A stretch of DNA of 64,000 nucleotides from Nemertoderma westbladi (lineage: Eukaryota; Animalia; Xenacoelomorpha): positions 1 to 64,000 of the forward strand of contig JAUCBJ010002087.1 of assembly GCA_032718475.1 (NCBI GenBank), written 5' to 3'. Each line of letters opens with the position of its first letter. Position 1 is the stretch's first letter. The notes under the pieces were generated by a model. The model saw only the letters and a program-made list of their open reading frames with translations, searched no databases and was not told the origin of the DNA. Made by a program: the position numbers and the translations under genes. Below, piece after piece: positions 24,301 to 34,475 of this stretch.

Positions 24301-24889
24301 TGGACACCAATCCGTCATCCATATAGAAGTTTCTCAAGATGGACTCGATAACCTCTACTGGATACTTACCAATCTGGGCTGTTGCCGTTTTCTTTAGAAC
24401 AAACAGCGTGCCATTCGGACTATCGCGGGCGCCAAATATCCTAACGTACATTTGGTATGTAACCACTGGGCCGGATAAGTCTTCATTCTCGTACCAGAGA
24501 AATCGAAGACTATCCTGGTCTGCCTTACAGGCTCTTACCTGGTGGAGCATCGCCTCGATGTCACAAGTAAATGCGAATCGCCGCTGTCTAAAACGCAACA
24601 GTATTCCTATCAAATAATTATTCAGGTTGGGACCATCCATCAACTCTGAATTCAGGGACATACCTCTATAGACTGCTGCGCAGTCGTTGACTACTCGGAC
24701 TTTGTCTGGTTTGTCAGGGTGAGTCACATAGTGGTGTGGGAGGTAATAAGTCTGGTCTGTCACTAAGTCAGGGTCCTCTACCTTCCCAGCAAATCCCTTG
24801 GCAAAATAGTTGTTGATCTGGGCGCAATACTTCTCCCTAATGTCTGGATTCCTTAACAACCGAGCCCTTACTCCGTTCAATCTTTTCAA
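21350..24889 (-). CDS. pol: BEL/Pao Pol (RT, RNase H, integrase), 1179 aa open
   Basis: YYLPHH, KVRVVNDCAA, CDIEAM, NFYMDD (RT); LHLFSDAS and QWRHCP..NPADITSRG (Pao RNase H); HKRLHHAG..CLVC, GVDCFGP, YSDKGTNF and WERLVRSVK (integrase). It is in frame with gag-pro, separated only by a TAG at 24911-24913. Confidence 0.95.
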   Translation of the reverse strand: MKRLNGVRARLLRNPDIREKYCAQINNYFAKGFAGKVEDPDLVTDQTYYLPHHYVTHPDKPDKVRVVNDCAAVYRGMSLNSELMDGPNLNNYLIGILLRFRQRRFAFTCDIEAMLHQVRACKADQDSLRFLWYENEDLSGPVVTYQMYVRIFGARDSPNGTLFVLKKTATAQIGKYPVEVIESILRNFYMDDGLVSKDTAEQAIEVAHGLQECLATGGFPLTKFTTNSEALLESFPVKDRGSGDIELGVEPIPMARVLGLAWNPNTDKFQVRVRFEPSSPDKVLTKRICLSTLSRLFDPMKFISPVILQARACMRKIWLSDLEWDEPISPIHAKQWREWEAELHLLKNIDVPRSYFPNQLVFPADLELHLFSDASDTGFGMVAYLRREVSQDKFETAFVTSRSKTMPVKYMTVPRAELQAAVVSVEVSKQITKELDTTLTLFYWTDASLVLVYIAADNIALKTFVANRRAQIVDFSTKEQWRHCPAVLNPADITSRGAMPAEFCQEESQEFWLHGPDFLTRTQEHWPERLKIVTNPMPEDAEVKVGKVSKSKSKAKLKSLERPEESLERPEESLERPGDLSDQQTYVTTRSGRVSYDIKPPLQTKPESQLVSDGQKMTDKMEPLVSKPAGLDSKLPLVSGQPSLAFEPCSVYDKLLNSSASWLTICKRTAWLSRYISYLCIKHSEHLGEQTSTNSERIQKLKQPLTEDEIDQAELKHLKHYQMCTFPKEFYLLSAQRPVLYKPLRKWSPLIHKGLICHRSRIQTVDINSQFRFPVIIPSHPIELQRAILWDIHKRLHHAGKLHCLSAARQRFILLQPSRAVGTMYDACLVCKRVNARVLEQEMAELPEARVQAYDPPFTNTGVDCFGPIEAKSGRLTHKRWGLLLTCMASRAIYIERVADMSTKSLLLALKRFMARRGLVKAFYSDKGTNFVGGNSELNAVHKAAQNKEISAALLPQRVEWRFNTPESPWRRGSWERLVRSVKQAIAKTLPVNKQLTDDELVTAFIEIEHTLNSRPIAMLPDGVALTPNHLLMQSPAFLVPASEPISADLYSRKSWKITQFVAYTFWEYWREYYLPTISTRTKWYKTVRSLQRGDYVLITEPIVKRKYWETGVILHTHPDVQNIVLTVTVKIRCKCPHPKKCKTNGLHTLDRPVQDIVLLEETRIETGDCNLSPASNKN

Positions 24890-24910
24890 GGCTAAGCTGT
24901 AGTTGTTCTC

Positions 24911-27900
24911 CTACTTAGGTGGTTGTCGACGCCACAACATTCCAACTTCAAAATGTCCAGTCGGCAGCAGACGTATGGTGTCTTCCATCATCTCCAGCGA
25001 CCGCTTCTCATCAGTGGACATGGCTAGGTCATATCCACCGGGTTCCATTGCGTCCCTATCCAGCCATTCGACGGTTCTAGCTCCTGTCTCGAGGTCCTGG
25101 CGTATCAATTCCTTCTGTAGCTCCTCCTCACTGTATTGGAAAATGTCGAGGTCTCGATATTTAGCCACTTGACCCTCCACTATGTCGGTATAAGTCAAAA
25201 CGTTACTCAGATAAGTAGCGTGGGCCGCTGAACCAGACCCACGGGTCTGATAACAGTAGTCCTCGGGTTCACTATCTGTCCGGTCATTGTGAAGTGGTTC
25301 CGACAACCTAACATTATCGGGAATCAACTCCTCGCCCGACTCGCTAAAGTCACTATAGTGGTCGATACAGGTTCTCCTAAACTCGTCTATGTCTGGTGGT
25401 TCTACTAACGGTGGTTGAGTTATAGGCTGTAATTCGTCGTATCTGTCTATTGGCTTGTCGCCACCTGTAAACTCATAAGACATGGGTACTCTTGTATACC
25501 AACCTAGTATGGTCCTATGGGCATGTGGTCCATTGACATGCGGCTCAGCTGGTCTCGTTTCCCATATTTGGTGGGCGATCAGCTGTTCTGCACCAATCAA
25601 CATAGAAACATTCCTATAACCTACCTGGTGTCTCGGTATTCTGAGCTTGTCAAAATACTCCTGTGCTATGGGACTCATTGGCGGCACCTTACCTAACTGC
25701 CTGCCGAATCCCTTCATAGCTAGACACTTAAATCCGTCCAATGGCAAAGCTTTCCGTTCTTGTCGAGTATGTTGGTCTCTCGGAAGTAGGGAGTCTAGTT
25801 CTACCGAAATTCTGTGTCCCTTGAGGTCTCCTACTCCATGCATAGACTTCAACTCTATTTGGATCTCCTCGGCGTCCTGGAAGCTAGAAACGGCTCTCGC
25901 CACTTCCTCGTCGATATACGATAATGTGGACGCAGTGTCCAACATCACATATATTCGCTTAGATCCCTTATCGCCAGTAAGTTTCACCGGAATCACGCTA
26001 AATATTTCCGACGTGGCCGATGATAAATACGTCCACGCGCTGGTCGATGAACTATCCGCGGTGAAACCTTGGCAGGTCACCTCTCTTGCGCTCGACTCGC
26101 CATCCTCGTCCGACGAACCTGGTTGATAACCATCGTCCTGAATGCCGGTATATGTATTCCTTCTTATCGATACGGGTTCTTTGCTCCCCTTCCTGTGAGG
26201 ATTTCGCTGTAAGTAACGGTCCGTTGGTGTATGGAAATCCGCATGTAGCAACTTGTGATGTAGTCTGCCGCATTCCATGCATCCGTCCTTGCTGTTCGGG
26301 CACTGCCGCCATACATGACCTGGCGCAAGACATGCCCAACAGGTGTCCAACGTCCGCACTTGAACTCTTCTCTGTTCTGAATTTAATTCTTTGAACCGTC
26401 TGCAACTATCTAACTTATGGTCGTCAGATCTTACCTCCTTTAGTAAACAGTATTGGCAACCTACAAATCCATCCGGCAACTCCTGTTGCTTTAACCTAGG
26501 TCTATCTAACCGCTCACCTGACCATACTCGCGAGTCTGATCTAAAGGCTAGGGTACTCGAATTATATCTGTCTACTGAGTTAAATGTCACAGTGGTCCTG
26601 TCATCGTCAAAACTTACCATAGACTTACCGGTAACAGGTTTAGACTCTCTCATATTCTCTTCTGAGAAGTTTGATTTCATCTCTGCTACTGCGTCTGTGG
26701 CTATCATGTCATGAATATGCTGAAGTGTCAATACTTTACCTTGGCCCTCCAACTTATTCTCCAATTTGCGCCATTTTTGTCGATAACGCATGTTTAAACG
26801 TCTTATTACGCTCTTTAAAACTTCGGCGTGATCACCATGATGAGGTAGATTCACCGTCCTCAAGATGTCCAATGCGTTCGAAATAGCATTCGCTAAGTTC
26901 AACAGCTCTAACAGAGTTGTAATCCTTCCGCCCTTACCCAAGTCTTCCACTATCGACTGTGCCATCTTGGTTTTATTCCCGTAGATGTCGCTAAGTGTCT
27001 TTATTGCCAACTCAAATGCCCTTTCATTGCCAACGAAGTTGTCAGCAATGGCTCTAGGTTCTCGATGGACCATTTGAAGCAAATAGTTGAATTTCTCATT
27101 GGGAGTAAAGGTGCTGTTGGTTAGCTGTTCATCGACATAGGTTTTGAACGTCCTCCAATGCTTATGGTTACCCATAAACTTCTGGGGTTGTTGCGTCGGC
27201 AGTCCTTGCCTAGCAGCAAACTTACCTATGTCCCTAAGGGTTGCGTCGTTCCGGGTTAACAAATGGTTTAGTTCCGCAGGGTTGTTAAGTCTGGTCCTTT
27301 CCCGGTGGTTCAAACTTACCTGCTCCGCGTCCGTCCTTCTTTCCTTATAGTTTCGGGACTTCTGACGTCTCATGTCTTCCTCTTCATCGCTCGATTCTGT
27401 GTCAGTCCTTAGCGCTCGCGATGGTTTGCGCGCCGAGGCCCTGATCCAAGCATCCTGAATAAATCTTTCGGCTGAATTTTCGAAATCGGGATTATGGATA
27501 TTCGGGACAGGCGTCCTTACCTGAGGTCTATGTGGTATAGTTTCCTCCGATATGCGTACTCGTTGACTAGGTTGGACTTTATCTAACTCAGGCCTGCTAG
27601 GATTAGAATTACTTCTTACCTGGGCTGCTTCCTTTAACCGTAGGTTGCTAAGCATGTCCGTTATAGGTTGGATGTGCAGCGATATAGCTTGCGCTAAACT
27701 AGCACTCAACTCATCCCTCGTAATAAATTCCTGGCTAGGGTTCTGTTGTATAGTCGGCTCTATCTGAGTAATCCGCTGTCTCTCATATGATCCCTCTTCC
27801 GGTTTAACCCGGAAGTTCTCCGTCGAACTGGGTCGGCGCTCCGTCTGCGTATTCCAAACCCGCGGGTTCGGTTCGCCAAATACTCGGCCCGTCGGAGTTT

Positions 27901-29001
27901 CTCCTCTAAACTCTTCGTTCTCGCGTTCGGTATGTAGTGGTGCGGTGTTCTGATGCCGTGGATTCTGCGCGATAGGTGAAGCACTAATACCAACTGGTGT
28001 GCGATATGTAGAGAACGGTTTAGCGATCCGTGTACTCGTAATAGCTGGACCAGGTATAGGAATTCTGGTCATCGTCGACTCGCAGCCTTCTGCAGTGCGA
28101 ACAGTTCTCGCAACTCGGTCCCTACACTCGCCCCACATTCTTCGATCATTCGCATCCCCTTCTCGGCGATTTCATTCGCCTTTCTAGTCCGTTCTTCGCT
28201 CTCTAAATTTAATCTCGCACTTTCCAACTGCGCCAGTTTACGTTGTTCTTCTTCCCTCGCAAGTCTCGCTGCGCTCTCTTCTTCCAGTCGCGCCTTCTCT
28301 TCGTATAATGCGCGTCGCTCTTTCTCGATCTCGAATTCGCGTTCTTTGCGCTCGCGTTCGAGTTGGAATTCGCGTTTCTTCTGTTCGCGCTCGAATTGAA
28401 GTTCGCGTTCTTTCGCTTCCCGTTCGCGTTCAAGTTGGAGTTCGCGTTGTTTCTGTTCGCGTTCGGCTTGAAGTTCGCGTTCCTTGCGCTCGCGTTCGGC
28501 TTGCTCACGCTTACTTATGTCCTCCAACTCGCGCAGCTTCGCGTCTAACTTACGTGTGCGCTCCCGTTCTCGTTCGGCTTCCTTCCGTGCCTCCGATGCA
28601 CGCAAAACTTCCGCCTGCTGTTCGTCCAGTCGGCGTCTTCTCTCCTCTGCCGAGTTGTGAGAAACAAGGGATCTAGCACATATAACCTTCCCTCGCGCGT
28701 GACTAACCTGGGAATCGCCACTGTCTCTAGATGCGTCGTCGGGTGGAGTTAACGTTCTCTGTTGGATGTTGTCCGTCGTTGGTAGCACCTGACCCGGTAC
28801 CACCACTCCACTCTGCATCAGCCAGCCGGTAACTTCCCGTTGATACATGCGCTCCTCTTTATCCTGCATATCTTCCCGCTCCACTAAATTTCTCGACACT
28901 GCGTCATTCACCTGAGTCGCCTGTGCTTGTGATGCCCATAGCAACCAGTTCTCCGTCCTAACTCGTTGAAATCGCTCCGATAACGCGCGGTGCTCTAACA
29001 A
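24911..29001 (-). CDS. gag: BEL/Pao Gag-protease with N-terminal coiled coil (two frames overlapping at 28069-28138)
   Basis: E/R/K-rich coiled coil in ORF 28069-29001. ORF 24911-28138 has the gag core (KFMGNHKHWRTF...EKFNYL), the triple Zn-knuckle (CQYC..H..C, CWACLAPGHVWRQC, CMECGRLHHKLLH) and protease MLDTAS. Confidence 0.88.
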
Positions 29002-29303
29002 GGCTGCTAAAACCCTGTCGTAAACCCTCGTAACAGCAATCAGCCTAATGTACTACTGTACTATTGTACGAGACCAGTGAATACAGTAATCTAAACTAAC
29101 AGCCTAAAGGAATACACTCTCTGTCTTACTGTACGCAGTACAGTGCCTAATACAGTAATCTAATTCGTATTTACTGTACACAGTACAGCAAAACAAAACG
29201 TCCTTTACTGTTACGAAGTAACAGTAAATAATACAGTAATCTAACTTAACAGCCTAAGAATACACTCGTCACTGTAAGCAATAGGCCTACAGCACACAAA
29301 AAA

Positions 29304-29313
29304 CGTCCCTTAC
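29304..29313 (-). promoter_or_regulatory. Non-tRNA primer-binding site of the outer BEL element (GTAAGGGACG), complementary to its own LTR
   Basis: Directly abuts the 5' LTR end and lacks TGG. It is the exact reverse complement of LTR-internal sense CGTCCCTTAC (30916-30925 and 13049-13058). Confidence 0.65.
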
Positions 29314-29400
29314 TGTTAAACGAACTACCCCAGCCTAACCAATAAAGACACAAAACTGTTCTATTTACTAGACGGGGCAATCAGGAGCGTATATTACTAA

Positions 29401-30020
29401 CTACGCCTCCACCACGGCAATCCTAAACGCGGTCGACCGCCCTGCAGAGAACGGCGAGCTCTCCCTCCTCGAACTCACAGGCTACAGGCGCCGCGCTGCA
29501 GCCCAATTCATCTCCAATGGCTCGCACCACAAGCTCTGCCGCAGTAAAGGGTGTTGGCGGCCGACCCCCACATGCGTCTGCCGTCTCTGCGACGACCAGG
29601 CGACGGACAAGGACCACGGCCTCAGTTGCACTGGCGTCCCGACTCTACTAACAACAGTAAAACGCTCACTGTTCCTGTACGCCGTGAAATGATCTATTCT
29701 AATTTTTACACGATCTATTTTAAAACTTCCCCCAGCCACGCTATAACCAAACATTGAATTGTACAATATTTCAACCGTGCAACGACATTTTATTATATTA
29801 TATACATTTTTACTATTTTTATTATATTATATATTCATTTTATTATATCCCCATCCCCAAATAACCTATAAATAATGTGTATCCCATTTTCCATTATCTG
29901 TCATACAATACAGTATTATATGGTCACATAACAACTTTCATATTTTACAGTAGGCCTACCTACCTTTATGTGCATGTTTATTTTATTTACACCATATGTT
30001 GGTATTAAAGCTTTCGTTTC
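29401..30020 (+). mobile_element. 5'-truncated non-LTR retrotransposon (620 bp)
   Basis: 10-bp TSD ATATTACTAA (29391-29400, 30021-30030), and absent from the other LTR. Open frame 29402-29692 ends ...GSHHKLC...CVCRLCDDQATDKDHGLSC...* (C-terminal CCHC of LINE ORF2). AT-rich 3' UTR with ATTAAA and a TTTCGTTTC end. Confidence 0.85.
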
Positions 30021-32297
30021 ATATTACTAAATGTAGGGTTTCAGGTACGGAAAACCACTACTTCCCGTTGGATGGCGCTAATCTGCCGTCCGCTAATATA
30101 TTTCCTAAATTTCTACGGCTCCTACTAAATTCTCGTTCCTTTCTCTACCAATTACTCGATAGAGAGCTAACTGTTCGAATATATGAGCCACGCGGGAATA
30201 ACCAAAACAATAAACCCGAATCGGCTCCCTAAGCTGACTTAAAACGAGTGTGAGAGATTTTACACTCTGAGTGTATTTTATAGCCTAATACTGTAATATT
30301 ACTGTAAATTTGCGCTTACAACTACGTCCTTTCTAATCGAATCTAATCGCAATACTGGGGTTCCCTAACAGAATATGTGAATGTGAGAATATTTAAAAAT
30401 AATCGAAAATCGGTACGGTAATTATTTCGGGACTCTAACTTATCTGCGGCTGGCTTTAGGCCAGCAATTTACTGATGCTCGTTGCGTACTGTATACTGCG
30501 ATGTGAATTTTGTCCGCTAATTCAAATAACCGCCCAGCGTGAATAGTGTACGGTACTCTAAATTTATTACCTAACTACCCTCCACTATGCAGCGTACAAA
30601 TTCCTAATTTTACTAATTAATTTCAGTCACAAATATGTAACGGCGTACTAATTACTAAGTATTCCAGAATGCGCAATTCTAAATTATTATGCAACGGGTC
30701 ACACTAGCAACAGCCTAAAATACCGTATTATTTTCGACCTAATCAGAAATTAATTACAGTAAGCTAAGAAATAGAAATCAATCAAAGGGAAAAGAGCGCC
30801 TATCCAAGCATTCGTGATTTATTAGGCACACTTTAGTAACGCACCAATCAGCATAACACAATCGCGATCTACAGTTTAGCTAGCAATTCAGAACTCGCAA
30901 TTCGCAACTCGCAACGTAAGGGACGCAGATCTCTCCCGGCTACGTCTAAGCTTCCTAACTAACCCAATTCCTGTCCCCCTAGTACTACAAAATAGAGACA
31001 AAACCTGGATCATCAGCCCCTAATTGCCGAACCGGCGTTGTAAAAGCTTCTGTGGGATATAACTGGCCCCTTTGCTTCGCAATCCAGTTTCCCCCCAGGC
31101 GCTGGAATACTCTAAAAAAGGTTCTCTAACTGTATATCTATTCCCCTCGCCCGCAAGGTACCGTTACAGGTGTTTTAACGGACATAAAAGTCATTCTGCT
31201 ATATACGTGTTTTAGCGGACATGGTAAGGCAAAAAACCTACAATGCACCAAATGCCTTTCACAGCTTGGCCGTGATGATTCATATTACGACATCTAACAG
31301 CCGGTTGCTGACATGGAAACAGCCATTGGACGCATGGTTCTTTGTTTGGCTTGAGCCAATCAGAGCGATTTTTCCTGTCGACGTGTAGCTTTTCGGCCGA
31401 TCATAAGGAGAGTGTTCAGTCTTACTGTTTTCACTTGATACTTTGTTGTTATTGCTGTCTAAGCCAGAAACACCGGCTCTAGAGTTAATTCTTTTCATAC
31501 TTTAAGAGGAAACATTAGTAGGCTTAAATTATAGAGCGTATGACTGTTATCAGTCAAATCCATTCACAATTCAATACTTTGTTGTTATTACTGTTCAACA
31601 TACATTATTATACTGCTATTTACTGTTGTGTTTGGTTGAATATTATTTGGAGAACATATATAAAGAACCCAAATTTCCCAATTTTCTTGATACACTACAG
31701 GTTAGAGAGACGGGTTATATATATAGCGATTGCGACTTATATTGTTGTGGTTTGTAGTGAATTTAATGCTATTTGATAAGCACTACATTGGTCCGTTGCT
31801 ATTCCCTTTATATATGATAAAATACATTGACGGGCGGCAAATTAATGAGCAGTATTGTGTGTTACCGGTAGTGTGCATGATTGTGACCGATAACTAAGCA
31901 TTTCCTAAAGAATGCGACTCATACGTGAATCATAAGCCTTACCGACTTACCGTTGTGATTGGTATAAGTCATATCTCTGTTTACTTAGATAGAGCGCCAC
32001 GTCCTAAAAGGAACTGTTAATATTTCCCGAAAGTGAATAATATTAGTCAGAAATTAATTATTAACGATCAATCGAATAATACAATACCGTAAGCTTCACT
32101 GCAATAATAATCTAAGCCGACAGAATCCAGCCTCCCGGGATTATCCAGCGGATGAATGGACGCGCACTAGGCTGGCTTCTGCTAATGTTGTGTTTATTGG
32201 TATTAAATATTTGTCATCTTCTAAAGTATATTTATAAATCAAAAGACATATAAATTTTGGCAGGTTAAACTGCTAAAGGTCTTCAAAAGCGCGTACA

Positions 32298-32308
32298 ATA
32301 ACAGTCAT
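32298..32308 (+). promoter_or_regulatory. Non-tRNA primer-binding site of the inner BEL element (ATAACAGTCAT), complementary to its own LTR
   Basis: Abuts the LTR end and lacks TGG. It is the exact 11-nt reverse complement of ATGACTGTTAT at 31540-31550 (and 42107-42117). Confidence 0.72.
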
Positions 32309-32579
32309 TGACTTTATTGCAGTAAGCAATAAAGTTGAAAGTACCGATCGACCGGTAAACCTGAACCGGCACTTCTGTAGGTCCGTAGGCCCAACTGCCC
32401 TAACCGGTACTTCCAGTATAAGTACATTAGTATTATTCGATTTTGATTATAGTATACCGGTAGGTCTTAGTATTTAATCAGGGAACGGCCGCCCTGATTT
32501 TTATTTGAGATTCTACTTATTTCTGTCGGTTTTATTTACTAGTAGGCTAATATTGAGCAGAAGGCGTGTGACCCTGCTC

Positions 32580-33160
32580 AGATTGTTCAGATAATTGTAG
32601 GCTGAGCTGCTGTCTGACTGTTGTTGGGTTTGGAGAGATTACGGCGTGTGTAGAGTTTGTCTGATAAAGTGCTGTTAGTAAGTTGGGGCAGCCATATGCT
32701 GCAAGGTCAATCCCCTCTTAAAGAATAAGTCGTACTACCGTGTTAGAACGCATACTAACTAACTATTTCAGAATCTGCATATACTGTAGTTTATTTAGGC
32801 TTGATCGTAGTCTGCCAGCGTTTTGGCCTGTGTTTGTTTGTGTGGTCTGTTCAGGTACCGTAATAGTTATTACTCAGATATTTTGTAGGCTGGATTGTTG
32901 TCTAGCTATTATTAGGTCTGAAGAGATTGCTGCGTGTGTAGAGTTTGTCTGATAAAGCTCCGTTAGTAAGTTGGGGCAGCCATAGCGGTAAGGTCTATCC
33001 CCTCTTAAAGAATAAGTCGTACTACCGTGTTAGAACGCATACTAACTAACTATTTCAGAATCTACACGTACGGTAGTTTATTTAGGCTTGGCGGTAGTCT
33101 GCCAGCGTTTTGGTTTGTATTTGTTTGAGTATTCTGTACGGGTAGCGTAATATTTATTAT
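32580..33160. repeat. Tandem duplication (~288-bp unit x2) in the 5' UTR of the inner BEL element
   Basis: GCGTGTGTAGAGTTTGTCTGATAAAG...CCCCTCTTAAAGAATAAGTCGTACTACCGTGTTAGAACGCATACTAAC at ~32644 and ~32932. Confidence 0.85.
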
Positions 33161-34475
33161 TCAGAGTTTATGCGATTATTCGCAACATTCATGTCCCCAA
33201 GTTTATTCCTACAGTAATTGTGCTTGTTATACATACCGTTATAGTTAAATTAACCCCGGTACTACACGGGCTGCTCGGCGTAGGACAAGACTGGTGACTT
33301 TGTGCTTCGGTCACTCCAGCAGATGCCGTGGTTCTTTTAACTGTTCAAGTATATTTAACTACTGATTATTTGTTATACCGGTACTTGTACCTAATTTAGG
33401 GTTTAGTGTACAGTGCTTTCCGAAGTAATTAGTGTAGGCAGTATATTTGTGTTGTAAAGTGGTTGATAGGCACATTCGTTAGCTCTATTAGCTTCTGGGT
33501 AGGAACAATCCGTGATACATAACGTAGTACCTATAGCGATACGGTTATAGGTCGTCAGGCGGTGGTATTTTCCTATCTGGACAGTACAGTATATTTACTA
33601 CTACTTATTATTTAAATACCGTAGTACCCTGTCCATTGTAATAACCAGAATTCTAACCCTTTGTTAGGCTGGTTTGTAGACTTCCTGTAAAATTACCCTA
33701 AAAAATTCGTACGTAATATTTGTTGTGTTTAATTAGAGAATTAATCTCACCCATATCGTAAGTAATTTGTAGTATTAAGTAACTTAGGTAAATTAGAATT
33801 ATCAGTTTTAGTGTCAAATAAATAGCACTTCACTGAGAGCTCACAGCTTCTGTGTAGTGACTCCCCCAGAAATAATAACATTTATTTCAAATATTGACAA
33901 AAACCCATTTAAACGGGTATATATCTATTATAAATCAACTCAAACGATTTATAAATAGTAGGCCTGCCAGACAACAACTAGGTCTCAATATCAGTTGGAC
34001 TACTGCTTAAATAACGGTAATAAAGTAAGTTAAAGTAACCAAGTAACCCTAAATATTCAGAAATTCAATTATTCTAAAATAATTGATAATTGACATACCG
34101 GTATTTACCATAGGCTTATTATATTTATCTCTATAAATTTGAGCTGAAATCATACCGGTACTCTGTAATTAATCTAGTCCGTAATTACACTTATATATAC
34201 TATAAGTGTAAGCTGTATACCGGTATTCACTATAGGCCTATTATATATTTATATATATCTGTGCTAAATTTATATACCGGTACCCTGTGACAAACCTAGT
34301 TTACAATACTTATATATATATTATGAGCATACCGTTATTCTAATATATTATATATATATCACGCTACACTGAGTAGCAGTATCGGCAATTAATTATTAGG
34401 CTAACGGTGATACTGAATTACTAGACTTACTTTGACTGTATTTGTAACCGTAGGCATTCAACTGTGTAAACAAAC

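Noticed and set aside
31280-31776. ORFs of 72 and 78 aa duplicated at 41847-42343 (likewise 17751-18451 / 43125-43822)
   Set aside because: They are duplicated only because they lie in LTRs, and they show no protein motifs.
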